A DNA stretch of 64,000 nucleotides, from NCBI GenBank assembly GCA_012295275.1, contig CM022665.1, positions 19,034,001-19,098,000 of the forward strand, written 5' to 3'. Below are positions 13,261-32,164 of this stretch, piece after piece. A program made the position numbers and the translations under genes. The stretch's first letter is position 1. Every line of letters starts with the position of its first letter. The stretch is from Chrysomallon squamiferum. Taxonomy: Eukaryota > Animalia > Mollusca. The notes under the pieces are model-generated. The model searched no databases, was not told the DNA's origin, and saw nothing but the letters and a program-made list of their open reading frames with translations.

Positions 13261-13545
13261 ACTCACATACATATATACAGTCTGTATTACGTCTGACAGA
13301 AACATTATCTGACTGTCTGTACATTCACATAACTATAATACCAGTCAGAAATATGAGATTTCTGTTGCCAAAAAAGAAGTAAGCCATGGTTGTCGAAAGC
13401 AAACAGCAGCCAAGATACTTCCCAGAGATCAATAACCTATTACCTATACACGATATTACCTCCCGCCTATTTATATAAATATGGTGTACTTAGGACTATA
13501 ATAATGCACATTTTGGCAGCCGGATAGGTTCGGTCGGGTACAATA
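13261..13545 (-). promoter_or_regulatory. Candidate promoter and non-coding first exon of the 613-aa gene
   Basis: On the - strand: TATAAATA (13475-13468) followed by GGCGGGAGG, then a donor cluster GTATGTGAGT (13270-13261). A CGGATAGGT motif lies at 13521-13529. Confidence 0.4.
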
Positions 13546-14046
13546 CAATTATTAATAACAAAGTGAGGTGAGATGTAAGATTGTTTGGCTGTGTAAAGAT
13601 GTCATTAACAGGTCAGTTTTATACATACATCCATAAATTATTGCAAACAATTTAATAGTTTATGTGTTAAAATCGTTTCACAAACAAAATTTCACTATTT
13701 CAGGTTAGAGTTTCAGTTTATTATTTTCAATTTGTTCACGCTACCAGTCACAATGTACTGAGGTTAATTATGCTGATATTACTTACAATGATCGATGAAG
13801 AAAAAAATTTAATTACGAGATTGCCAGCTTACTAGTATTATTATTTCCAGTGTTATTGATAGGAATTCTGTTTTTGGACACAAGATAATAGGAATATTGA
13901 CTGGTGACATCCTTAACAAACATTATTATCGCTATTTCATTTTCTTATATAATCGTTCACTTAGACACAGCTACAAACAATCTTTAGTTACTATCTAAAC
14001 GAATACCTATAAATACCCCAAAATAGATCCCAGGTTACTTCTAATC

Positions 14047-14189
<143 letters not shown>

Positions 14190-16789
14190 GGTAGAATAAG
14201 ATATAAACAAAACACATGTGTGTTTATGTAAAAACGTTACAAGATTTCAGATTAATCCTTGGAAATATCAGCACTAAAACATTTATGGAATTAAATTCAG
14301 GGTAATCTTCTTTGTCGCAAAGAAGGACACTTTAACGATATTGCTCTCTGATCCAAACAAACAAATAAATGAATGAACAAAATGGAAAAGGTAAATATAA
14401 TGTAAAGTCGGTAAACGATCATTGTTAAAACAATTAGTGTTACTGCAAATAAATTAACACCAAACCTTGTACACTACTATCAAATTAGCATTAAACAGAA
14501 GCACAACACACTAAACTGGTGTATCTTTAAATAATATTTACGAGATTACATACCAATGACAGGAAAGATAACAGTTTAATGTACTGCAATACCATTGTTC
14601 AAAACAAACTGAATCAAGTCTTTAAATAAATTATTTTCATTCTATCTCTTCTTTCTTCCCTTCTTTCTCTGATAATATTTTATAAACATAAGATACATAA
14701 GCATCAGTAAAGGATATATTTCAAGGACATACTTACATACATACTTACATACATATTAGTCCGTCTTTTGTTTAGTACTACTAATATAATCCACTAAATA
14801 AAATTTAAGCATTTCCAGAAAGGAAAGATATGAACGAAGAAATACAGACCTGTACCATTAAAGTATGTCAGTGTTTCGTGAATTACAACAAACAGAATGT
14901 CTGCAGGCTTTATACATTGATTTTGTTGTACATTGTTAGTAAATTAACACCTATTATACACCATGAAAACCACAACGTGATATACAAGCTACACATAACC
15001 TAACAAGGTTTCATGTGCTTCGTACACAACAAATTATATTATTTTTGCAGGTATTGGTTGTACATCACTTAAGCTGTTTATATGCAATTTTAACGGCAGT
15101 CGATTATGTTACAGGAGAAATGAATCATAATAAAGCATACTGAGTACGTTTTGCTTCTCTAAAGAAAAGGTATGTGCTGCGCTGGTTGCGTTTATTTTGA
15201 TTTACATGAAAAGGCACAAACACATTTACACAGAAAGACATAAACACACAGACAAATGTTTGTGTAACTATATGTGTGTATATGTATGGATCAATGTATT
15301 TTATTATTATAAGTATTATTACTATTATTAATTTTTTAGAAAGACAAACATGGCTTATGTATATATATATGTACGTGTTTGCATGTATGCGATCATTCAC
15401 CCGTGTTTATGTATGTATTTATATTTGTCCATTTGCATGTGCATATTTGTATGTGCATACATATGTATATGTCTGTGTGTGTGTGTATTTCTGTGATTGT
15501 ATGTGTTAGTTTGTGTCGTTTATATTTATATGGAACATATTTTGCAATATTAAAATATCTTGAATTCTGGTTTCAAGGTAAATGATAAAATCGTTATAGA
15601 AAACTAGATAAAAAATATTATGACCACTTTTAATTATAGAACTTCCTTTTCTGTTTTTCTATTTTGTAGATAGTGTTCCTTTTTAAAAAAAATTTCTGTC
15701 CATTTATAAAGTCACTTTTAAACTACCTGAAAATTGCCAGAGCCAACGATAACAGACATTAGAAACCATGACATTAGCAATACGACGAGCGAGGAAAACG
15801 CAGATAGTGATCGCTGATACCATAGTAACCGAAGCAGTAAACATAATTAAGACTTAACTACTTGTATAATATTATAAAATATAAATTGGAATACTGACCT
15901 TGGTTTTCAAGCGAAACGTATAATCACTGTCTGTTCTCAAGTAACCATCTTCATTATTGTCATTAGATTATCAGACCAATTTTATACTGTAATGTCCAGA
16001 ATGTTTGTTACAAATTTACGTCTGTGCTGCTGTCTTGAAGATAGACGATAATAATAATTACTAAAGGCCAATAATAATGAAAATTCTGCTATATTCAAAC
16101 AAATCAAAGTTATAAATCACAGAGAAAACTTTTTTATAAATGTTAGTTTTTGTTTCCGTTGTTAATGCATTTAACTGTCAGTTTGATATGAAAGCGTTAT
16201 GTTTTATGCAAAGAATAAATACATCAAAGAAAGCACACCTCTTTTGTTAGACACTATTTTTTTTCTACGCGACAGATATTCGGCTGATAGAAAGAGGCAA
16301 TAAAAACCATTGTGAGTTTACAACTATTGGCAAAACACTGATTTTAAAAGGGCGATTGTCAAATACAGAATTATCTATGATAAAAGGCTGAATAAATTCC
16401 AGCTGTTAATCTGTAGAGCTGTTGACCCTTGAAAGAGGTGAACGGTAAATAATCTTCTACTGGTACATGCCAGCCGGACAAATGGATACATAAAGATTAC
16501 TTTCTCGACAAAGTTAAATTCCTTATCGCATTTTCACATCCTTCTGAAAAGGAATGACGTTTAGTAGTCTTAAATTTCCCATTATTTGACAAAATAACGA
16601 TGAAGTATTAATATTTGATTACTTTTGTTATAAAAGCATGGATGTATACAATACATATAAACGCTATTAGACAGGGATGTATATCTGTACTAATATATTT
16701 ATATCTGTACTAATATATATATGCACACATGTATATGTAAATTACGCAAGTTCGATCTCCTATATATTTTTAATTTCTACAACATTATT

Positions 16790-20790
<4,001 letters not shown>

Positions 20791-21650
20791 CTTCCTATCT
20801 AACTATCTCTGAAAATTTGGGAGACACGTCATAGCAGAATGGATTGTTACTAATGCTAGAATATTAGTAAAATAGAAAACAGTCAGTGATTTTACACTTC
20901 CCAAAATGACTCGGATAAATGCTGTGATAATGTTATTAATGTGCCGCCCGGGTAGTCTGTTGCTCAATAATTTGAGCGAAGGATCGATCCAAGAGTATCT
21001 GCTCCTCAGTGCTACCAAATCAGTGCCTTGCAATGATCACCAAAGTCTGCAGTTTATGATTCGTGTCTCTTTACCTGTGTGATGCGTAATATTTATAACC
21101 AAAGATAAAGAATTCGTTACGTAAAATATTTCTTTCTTGTCTACTAGGACTGGCATTTTTTTCTCTTTATGTGCTTGTTTCGAAATTTCACTTTTTTCTT
21201 GGTATTTATAATTAATTGTTGCCAAATGTATTGTGCTATGTCACATTCGTTTTTCAAAGCCTAATAGAAGCTTAGAACAAGAGACTGGAATACGGTACTA
21301 AACTAACGAGTACGTCGTTAATAACACACACTTTCGCATCAGCCCTAGAAGAATGTCATGTTAACCTCGCTATGAAGGTACCTCTTCTTAACCACAGACA
21401 TTGTAAATACATAACCAGCAGTATATACATACACACACACACGCAAACACACACACATATATATAGATATAGATATAAATATGGTTATATACGTGTACGT
21501 GTGTGTATGTGTGTATAATGCTCTTTAGGAATTTTGTACTTTTAATAGCTGTATCAGTTTGAAACTATATATGAACAAAATTGCATAAATTGCATAAATT
21601 GCATAAATTGCAAATTCTTTATTTATATTTTTTCAGTTATGTTTTGCTTC

Positions 21651-21708
<58 letters not shown>

Positions 21709-22203
21709 TTATCTTAATATTGAAACAGCAGGGGAAATAACTCCGCAGACCTACGTGGGAAAACAAACCATAATACTTAAGATCAACGCATTCAAAAAAA
21801 CAGAACGTGGGCTAAAATAATGTCTTTTTGAATAATTTGAAAAATAATAACAATGTACAAAGGTATATCTTTTGAAATAATTATCTAAGAAACATTATCA
21901 ACAGAAAATAGAAAATAGATTGAAACAAACGATAAATAAATAAATAAATATTTTTAAAAAGGGGCAAAAATGAAAAAAAAAAAGAAAGAACAAAGATAAC
22001 TAGAAAAAAAAGATCAACAAACAAACAAATAAACATAGACAACAACAACAAAACAAACAAGCAATACAAGCAAATCCAGATGAAATTTTGTGAAGAGCAT
22101 TGTTTCAAGAGCATCAAAATTGATATTTAATAATTTTTTGTCTGACTTTCAGTTGCTCCAGAGACAAGTAAAAATGTAACAGTATAGTGATTTGTACAAA
22201 GAA

Positions 22204-24063
22204 TTAACGAATCATAAACTTTGATTCATCGTTAATGTGATTAGATCCGACTGGACCTTCTGGTAAATTTCTGCTGTTATTATCAGCTGTCTTTACAGCG
22301 TTTTCCCAATTATCTGGATCAGTCGCCGTATGCTTAAGAATTATAGTCCCGTCCACTATTTTCACTGACCGAGACTGGCATCGGTTAAATTCACTGCAGT
22401 TGTTGTTGTCATTGATGTTATTATCATTTGTTACGGCGTTTCCTTGCGGTGGATAATTCCTCATGTCAAGTTTATATACTGGTGGGTGACAACGAGGTAT
22501 GTATTTCTTGGGTTCGTCGGTTATCTTCAGAACCACCTGCGTTCCACTGGACTGCGACTTCTGTTTATGTTCACCAAATACCTCTATCTTTTTGAAACCT
22601 TGTAAGAGGGCTTTCTGTCTGTGTTCGTTCTGACGCTTAATTTTACACAGTTGCGATGGAGTGTGTCCTGCCCTGTCAGCCTGATCAGTTCTAGGACGTT
22701 GCGTGTTATTGTTTGAAGAATCAGAATACTCAGACGACATTTCTGGTTCTTTTACCAAACCGCACATTTGACTTTCTTGCTGCTTCACAAGCCTTTGCTC
22801 TATGTGCTTAGGATTTCGTTTCTTTGGTACGTCATGCTCTATTGAAATGTTTACCACTGACGTTCCAATTTCTACTTTTGAAACGGAATTTTCAGCCCGA
22901 GAAGGCGTAGGTCTGTTTATTTTAACATCATCATCGGTCAGAAAGTACGGACAAGACGGTTTAGACTTTTTGGTGTTTGCTTCGGCTAAATGGTGGTTTG
23001 ATGTCAAAGGCAGGGGAGCGTTGTTCTCGCTTACTGGACCAATGATCAGCTCATTAAAAATATACGACTCGTTCGGCTCCGACAGGGACTGAGTATCCGA
23101 GTGCGGCCTGGCCTTTTGTCGCGATCGTTTTGTGATGTCGTCATGATGGTTCAGGACTGATAAATCTCGCGGGCGCCTGTCACGTCTGTCTTGGTCCATG
23201 ACCTTCAGCTTGAGAGCTGATTTCTGCTGCAGACGGTAGCGCTCCCTATCTATCATGTCAGCCTCCAGATCTTGAGGCTGGTGCACAGTTTCTGAACGTA
23301 ATTCCCAGTACTGGTTTGGGTACTTATCGTACACTCGAAGATCGACTCTATTTGGTTCAGTTTTGGGAAAAACATCTCTTGATAATTCATTGTTAATATT
23401 TCGTAATCTGAGACGAGCAAGAATGGACTTTTGCAAATTAATACCATTTATACCCTGATATTTCTCTGTGAACAATTCAGTTTTGATTTTCTCACTGCTC
23501 GGAATGGACTGTTGACTTCTGTTAACACTAAGTGCTTTGCTAACTTGAAAGTTTTTATTTGATTTTTTGGAAATGGAATCCTTAAAGGTGACCGTATTTT
23601 TCTTTTCTATTTCTGGTAAAAACAAATTCTTTTCCTGAGTGCTTATAAACTGTTGTTTTTCGTGTTCATGTTCAGAACTTTGTTTTGTTTTTGACAAATC
23701 GTTCAAACTTGACGACTGTTTCAATAAACAAATGTCAGGCATATTTTCCCGACACGTTTCTAGTACGTCCATACTCCTGTGAAAGTTCGGGCGTGTATGT
23801 TGCCGCTGGCGACGTGAGCTAAACTCAGCAGCCTTAGTATACATATTATTTTTGTCCTCTTGGCTTGGTTCAAAAGTGGTGTCTAAATTAAGAGGAGCTG
23901 CGAGACTTGTTTGTTCTCTCTTGGCGTCTGCTAGTGCAATGATTGCGTACAGCTCGCGCGGGTTAGTGACATCTCGACCTTCTCCCTGGTGTCCGGTTAT
24001 CTGCTGGATTAACGACACACCGAGAGCTACCACTCGTTGGTTTGCTGTCTGAACGGCCGCCAT
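22204..24063 (-). CDS. Uncharacterised 619-aa, probably disordered protein (single coding exon)
   Basis: Uninterrupted 1.86-kb ORF. The first in-frame ATG is at 24063 in an AAAC-ATG-G context; the track's 24096 start is TTG. A TTTTCAG acceptor places the exon start at 24155. Polar and basic composition, no recognisable domain. Confidence 0.85.
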   Translation of the reverse strand: MAAVQTANQRVVALGVSLIQQITGHQGEGRDVTNPRELYAIIALADAKREQTSLAAPLNLDTTFEPSQEDKNNMYTKAAEFSSRRQRQHTRPNFHRSMDVLETCRENMPDICLLKQSSSLNDLSKTKQSSEHEHEKQQFISTQEKNLFLPEIEKKNTVTFKDSISKKSNKNFQVSKALSVNRSQQSIPSSEKIKTELFTEKYQGINGINLQKSILARLRLRNINNELSRDVFPKTEPNRVDLRVYDKYPNQYWELRSETVHQPQDLEADMIDRERYRLQQKSALKLKVMDQDRRDRRPRDLSVLNHHDDITKRSRQKARPHSDTQSLSEPNESYIFNELIIGPVSENNAPLPLTSNHHLAEANTKKSKPSCPYFLTDDDVKINRPTPSRAENSVSKVEIGTSVVNISIEHDVPKKRNPKHIEQRLVKQQESQMCGLVKEPEMSSEYSDSSNNNTQRPRTDQADRAGHTPSQLCKIKRQNEHRQKALLQGFKKIEVFGEHKQKSQSSGTQVVLKITDEPKKYIPRCHPPVYKLDMRNYPPQGNAVTNDNNINDNNNCSEFNRCQSRSVKIVDGTIILKHTATDPDNWENAVKTADNNSRNLPEGPVGSNHINDESKFMIR

Positions 24064-25655
24064 GTTTGAAAGCACTGCGATTATGTTCCAAATCAAACGC
24101 TGCTGTTATCCCATTCATGGTGGCTGTTAATCTGTGAATCTAACGATCCAGACACCTGAAAAGACCACAAAAAAATTAATAATAATAATAAAAAAATAAA
24201 AAAATAATAATAATAATAAAAAAAATAAATAAATAACATAAAATAAATAATAAAATAAAATAATAAAATATAAAAAATTGGATATACTGTCTGAATATTT
24301 TAGCTTCTATGCGGATTTGAATGGTGATCGTTTTAAAAAGTTTGTATAGGTTATCAGTTTTCTGGAATACTTTACATATTTAGTCGATATTTGTTCATAA
24401 ATATGTAAATGAAAACACAGACACACATATATGCAGACATAATTATAAGCACATAATTATCTAAATAGATACACATTTAGATACACCAAGAGAGAGAAAA
24501 TGAGAGAAAGAAGTAGAAAGCGACAGAGAAAAAGAGAAATAGGGGGGCAAAAATAGGAAGAAAGACAGACAGTATATGAAAGGAATTATCCAGATTTACA
24601 TTTAAAAACGCACTCTAGAAGAATATCGTTATAGATATATATACTCTAATATAGACAATGAAAAATCACAATTCTTCAAGGCAAGTACACAGCTATATAC
24701 ATGAACGTATGCATTTATAACATGCAAACATGCAGAGACACATTCAGACATTTCTAATTTATATAAGGTACAGACGCAAAGACACAAATTCTTAACATTG
24801 CCTTTTTAACGTGAAATATATCAGCATGTCGTTACATGTGCTGGTTTAAAAGCACAAGGTCAGGAGAAGAATAGTTTTACAGTAAATCTCTGAGAAGACA
24901 AAGTGTCGGTGAGTCAAGTGTTGTATGGTAGCCCATAACCGTTCCTTCGGCTTGTTCACTTGATTTCATTTGCTTTCTTTTTAATGATCGAAAAAATCTT
25001 TTGTCAGTGCCGTTATAGATACCGAAAAACGGGAAAACAACGAACAAACTAAACAAAGACTCTCGAATAAATAAATAAATAAAGTTTTACTTTAACTGCC
25101 TAAATGTTTCTATTTCAAGACGAATACATTTTCTATAAACAGTCTCATAAATAAAATGTGCGTAAACAGAATAACTAAAAGAAAATCACTTTTATAATGC
25201 ACGTTTCTTCAAGATAACCGCATTCACGAGCGAAAAATAATTCTGAGATATTATTATTATTATCATTATTATTAAAAGTAGTAGTAATAGTAGTAGTAGT
25301 TGCAGCAGTAGTAATAGTAACATAGTAGTTGTAACTGTATTAGCAGCGGATGTAATCGTAGTGGCAGTAGTTGTAGTAATCGTAGTAGTAATTGCAGCAG
25401 AGCTGGGAGTATTGTAAGATATATATAAACAAAATGAATTCAGTTATGGAAAATCGCCTTTTAAAGTGAAATACGCGTCTTTCAGTGTGAACATAAATGT
25501 GTACACACCTGTCTGTGCACATATATGTATACGGAGTTGTGCGTATGTGTATGTGTGATTGTATCCCTCTGTCTGTATGTGGGAATCTGAGTATGTATGT
25601 GTAACAGTGTGTAAATGTAGAAAAGCGTTTACGTAGATCAATTTTTAAAACATAC

Positions 25656-26030
25656 CTACGGTGTCTCTTCTAGTATTTAGCACCCCATTCTCACTTAATA
25701 ATCAGTTTTCTGGCAGAAAACAAAACTACGCAATATTAAAACACAATCCACTAGCCGTAAGTAACCACGTCGTCATTCTTCAAAACTTTATCCACCGTTA
25801 TCGAATCTGGACAAAGAGAGCGAGCTAAAAATGAAAACCATACACACATTCATAACTCTTGATTGACACTAGCTGAATTACTTTCCGATATTACTTAATG
25901 AGTATGTTCTGCCTTCTTCCCAAGCACACTACTCGACATGCATTACTACGGTTTATTCACTGTGCTGCTTGTCAGCAGTGGTTGCGGATAGGTGGTACAT
26001 TGCGGATAGGTGGTACATATTATTTATATT
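25656..26030 (-). promoter_or_regulatory. Candidate 5'-UTR exon and promoter of the 619-aa gene
   Basis: Strong TAG|GTATGT donor at 25655, possible acceptor at 25807, TATAAATA on - at 26028-26021, and a tandem 18-bp unit TTGCGGATAGGTGGTACA x2 (25982-26017). Confidence 0.4.
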
Positions 26031-26217
26031 ATTTGCCTACCTGCTTTAGATTTCGTGCCTTTCTTTTGAATAACGCTCATACATATATATTCAGTGAACA
26101 CTAAATAAACTAACTATTAAATTTTATTTAGATATTGTTATTGTTAATGTTGTTCTTGTTACTTTTCTATTATTTCTCTGCGTTTCCATTTTTTTTGGTG
26201 AATTTTCTCATTTGACA

Positions 26218-26219
<2 letters not shown>

Positions 26220-26292
<73 letters not shown>
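26220..26292. repeat. (TC)n microsatellite
   Basis: Directly visible. Confidence 0.99.
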
Positions 26293-26296
<4 letters not shown>

Positions 26297-27052
26297 TATA
26301 TATATACCCTTGTGTATTTATGCTTAACTGTTTGCCTCTGTTGTCTGTGTTTTATAACTCATATACATTACAAACTTTTTTTTTTTTTTTTTTTTTTAAT
26401 ATTCCTATTCTGTCATAGAACATAAACATTGAAATCGCTAATGTTGTTCTCTTTCACAAGAAAAAAAAAAGTATGGCGTTGCATAACAACGTCAGGTTAC
26501 TGTAATTTGAGAAGGTGTTATCATTTGATTAAATTTGGGACTCTACCTTTATTTCAGATTTATGGCACAATCTCGGCCGAGTATAATATAAAACTGTTAA
26601 TGCATGCCGACATGCAGTCACGGACAACGACATCTTTTTAACAAATATACAATTTATGCACTCTTTTCAAGCCGTGCCCAACTTATAGACAAGTGTTTAT
26701 TAGTTTAATGCAATCTTATCGGCAACTTCTGAGAGATCATAAAATTACTCCTCAAACGAAAGAACATTAAAAAGGCGAATTCGTTAAAAAAACAACAACA
26801 AAGAAACAAAATATATACCATATTGATGACTAACAGACCTTGAGGTAAATATTAAAATGTCTTCAGACAAATTCCAATGTCAACATAAATTCGGAGTGTT
26901 TATTGAATGTTTGGAATGCATTTTAATCGCGAATATCTAACTGTGCAGAAGAAATTCTGAATTACCAGTAATGTCAGTTCAGATATTTTAAATAACCTTC
27001 CACCACGAATCACACATTCACATGCACACACACACACACGTGTGTATATCTA

Positions 27053-27851
<799 letters not shown>

Positions 27852-28491
27852 TAGAGAGAGGATATAAACAAAACACTTGCTTTGTTACTGTCATGTTTTT
27901 TTTTTATTCCTAATGAATTCATATAAAACAAACAAATAAATAAATAAATACATAAATAAATAACAGTATTTAATTAAACAGTTCACAGCACATATCAAAT
28001 CCCACGGACTATATGAACCTATTTTCTGTTATTCTAAACAACGATCCTTAAACAACAAACAAGCAGGAGGCCATTTCTAGATACAACAGACAATCGAAAA
28101 GAAACAGGATATGCAAACGTCCCAACACTAATTAAATATCGGGGATTACAGGTTACATTTGTTGTCATGTCTAAATCGGCGACACAAATAATTTATCACA
28201 ATCAATTCCGTTAGCCGAGTACTTTTTATCATTTACACTGTGCTTTTCATAATGCGTTATTGGCTTTCTGGTTCCGCTTGACTGATTGCAACACACTGAA
28301 TACAATGACCCGCGGGTCTCAGAATTACTTTGTGAAGACACAATGAAGAATTTGCTTACACGTCGATAAAGTAATAGTAATAATAATATATGTACAACTA
28401 ATAAAACCTTATTGAAATGAATGAAATTATAAATGTATTAAAATAAAAGGTTATTTACTGATTTATTTATATATCTATTTATTTATTTATT

Positions 28492-28885
28492 TGGTATATT
28501 ATTGCTATGTAAAAAGCAGTAACTGACATTTATTTCTTAATGTCAGTGTGTACGCTAAATTTGTTTTACGTGTGAAAATTAAATCAGAATACTAGAAAGC
28601 ACATTCACGAGTCAGTGGTGATCTTAGCGGAAAAGATAAGAAAACAAAACAACTTACTTACATTTACCGTCTTGACACAGTTTAAAAACTCGCTTTCTTT
28701 TTCTTCCTTTATTAAAATATTTATCTCACTGTTTAAATACTTACTGTACATATTATACCAAGATATATATATATATATATATATTAAATTTTGAATATTT
28801 ATCAATTACGTCGTTACCAGTATGACGTCAAACGCTATAATCAGTTACAATCACTACTTTTGGTAGATAATGAATAAATAAATAA
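28492..28885. repeat. ~400-bp dispersed repeat, uninterrupted copy
   Basis: Collinear with 32038-32164 plus 33501-33785 (shared TGGTATATTATTGCTATGTAAAAAGCAG and ATTACGTCGTTACCAGTATGACGTCAAACGCTATAAT). A partial inverted copy lies at ~32850-32957. Confidence 0.85.
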
Positions 28886-31479
28886 ATATATAAATGAATA
28901 AACAAATAAATAAATAAACATTCTAAACTAAAATAATAAATATTTTGTGACCTAAACCTTAAACATGTTTAGATTCGTCTCAACAGCGCACTACTTTTCA
29001 GTAATATTTTTAAGTGTATATATATATATATATATATATATCTCCCCCCTCATCTTCTCTGTGACAGTTTGCTGTACATATAGTCAAAGTAGCATATTTA
29101 TTTGCAGTATTAATTACAGGTGCGAATAAATAACACAAATGTCAAAAGACGATAAAGAATCGTCAGTAAATCATTGGATAAGTAATCTAAGACATTTTGG
29201 GCTATCTGGGCTTTTGTTGATCTGTAAAACGAATAAATGTAAGATAGCCTTTGTGATTAATAAGATGTTAGTTTACTTTAATGCTAACAAAGAGTACACT
29301 CAGTTTATTACATAAAAAAGTAATTTATGAAATATATATTAAGATGATTAATTCGTAATATCTCGGGTACAGCTTAAATAAATATGTCTTAAAACAGATT
29401 ACAAATGGTTTCTGTATTCTACAGCATACAAATGTGCGTATGTTCGTATGTCTGTATGTGGAGTTTCAGAGGTTTGATCTTCATTATAATCAAGCATCTT
29501 TTTTTTTTTTTTTTTTAAAACAGCCATAATGTAATTGTACTGGAGTATCCTAAAATATTTATTAATTTATTGACTTGTTCACTTATTCATTCATTTATGC
29601 AGTCAGCTTTTTTTTCCCATCATATATTCCTGTTATGTGAAGAGAAAAAGGATGAGTTTCTAGCAAAAAAATCAAGACAGTTTGTGAAGTATAAAAATAT
29701 TTTATTTGGTTATAACACTAGTAACACTTTTTTTCAATTAAATGCCCGATTAAAAAGAAATAGTTGTCCGTGCCATTAAAAGGCATCGATCCATGTTTCT
29801 CCAACAGTGTCTTTTGATAAAAAGAGTGTCTCGTAAATTTGTTCATAAAATAATTACACAATAACATCCGAACAATTAGAAAGTGAGAAAGAAAGAAAAT
29901 AATAAACTGAGGCTAACTAAAATGTTAAGCATTCACCTACCCTAGACACAGTTATGATTTCCATTGTGACGTGTGTCTCTTCCACCACTGAAATATATCC
30001 CCACCTAGGCGTCTCGTATTTCCAGACCAATATGTTGACTAACAACTCTCAGTTCAGACCTGCAATGTTATCCTGCTAACGTTAAATTAAATTGCCGGAG
30101 AAACGTATCCAGAACTCACGATTCAAAGACTTTCAGTACTAAAGCTTTGCCGAAAATCACAGTGCGGCACGAATGCTGAAAGTTTTATTTGGTTTTCCAA
30201 ACATACGATTTACGACATAGACATGAGCATGTTACAGGACTTAGCAACTTAATTCTGTAGGCAAAAATTCAGTCACGCGAAGTATCAAAAGCCGGTCATT
30301 GTGCGCAGCGCAATAGAACGATACTAAGCTGTGCCTACTCGCTTTTTGCGAGCACAATTCCTATTGTACAAGACACTGGAAATGAGTGGCCGATGATAGA
30401 TCGACCATTGATTGGGGAAAAAGTGTTGTTTGAATATCCAGTTTTGAGAAATAAATCAATATGTGGAGAATAGATTAATACCCCGTGTTGTGCTAAGCCT
30501 TTTCTCTTCCTGTTGCTTGAATACCTGTTAATGTGAACTGCGTGACGTCACATACCAATTCCTTTTTATTCTCTTTTGAGTTGCACGAACCTTTATCGCA
30601 TGTAAATTTCAGGTAATTAATTCTTTCTATTTATGTCTTAAACAATTTATAGGTTTGACACCCATGTGAATTCTATTTGCATAAATATTTCGTTATAGAG
30701 ATTTCTATGGCTGTCAATATTTTACTTCCAAAACATTTTGACATAAACGCAGAATAAAATACCATGGAAGGATAATATGAACACAAATAAAATTAAATGT
30801 CACAAATGTTTTATAAATTTCCTTTAAAACACACACTGTGCTTATTTATTTTCAGTGTTTTAATAAACTTTTTATTTGTTTGTTTGTAGCTTTAGTCTCA
30901 CACACCCGTAGACATATAACTCGTACATTAGTCACATATTAAACATTGTGGATAAATTCTTTTGTGTGTGTATGTGTGTGTGTGTTTATATATATATATA
31001 TATATATATATAGATAAATAGATATATAGATATATAGAGAGATACACATATATATTCCTTGAAACGTTTCAAGATGTTATAAAATAAACTGTTTATTTCT
31101 ATAGGTGTCTGTAGAAAAGTCAATATTTTATTTGATAAAATTCGTATAATCTGAAAATGAATATGCTTTTGTTATAAACAAGTAATAATGTTCTATATTA
31201 CACGCAATGCTTTTAATGGAATTTCCGCGAAATTTTTAGAGAAGTTATATATGTTGTATGATTTTTTTTTTTTTTCAGTTATTAATATTATTATTATTTA
31301 TGTAGTTATTTATTTATTTATTTATTTATTTTGATTTAACATCCGATATATTCTGTAGCTTCTTCTTGGTGGAAAATAAAAGTTAAATAAAGAAACGTAA
31401 TTTTATTGTTTCTTACAATAAACAGCAATCAATTTACTTTCAGAAATGGGTTCTCTTCGGGTCGTAATAATTACACTAC

Positions 31480-31508
31480 AAAAAATAAAATAAAATAAAA
31501 TAAAATAA

Positions 31509-31539
<31 letters not shown>

Positions 31540-31554
31540 TAAAAATAATAAAAA

Positions 31555-31631
<77 letters not shown>

Positions 31632-31775
31632 ATTAATTAATTAATTAATAATAATAATAATAAATAAATAAATAAATAAATAAATTAATAAATTAATAAA
31701 TTAATTAATTAATTAATTAATTAATTAATAATAAAAATAATAAATAAATAAATAAGTAAATAAATAAATAAAAAT
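31480..31775. repeat. Compound (TAAAA)n/(TAAA)n/(TTAA)n tract
   Basis: About 300 bp of almost pure A/T simple repeats. Confidence 0.97.
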
Positions 31776-32164
31776 TAAATTTAAAAATTAAAAGATCACA
31801 CAAATAGACGCTGTACAAGGGAAATAACACGTTTGGTATTCACATATCAAGCCAGCAAGAGTTGTATAATCGTATGGTTTAATACAAATGAAGTTTCTCA
31901 GTTGTGTTTTCAGGTAAGATATTGCTACAGCCTTTGAAAAGGTCAGTTTAGTAGTGAATCCTGATATGGATTATATTTATTTATTTATTTACTTACTTAC
32001 TTATTTACTTACTAACTTATCTACTTATTTATTAATATGGTATATTATTGCTATGTAAAAAGCAGCAACTGTTTTGAAACGTTTTTAGTTTCTTAATGAC
32101 AGTGTGCATGCTAAGTTCGTTTTACTTTGGAAAATTAAATCAGTATATTAGAAAGCACATTCAG

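Noticed and set aside
24064-24096. 11-aa N-terminal extension of the 630-aa track ORF
   Set aside because: It starts at TTG; the first in-frame ATG with good context is at 24063.
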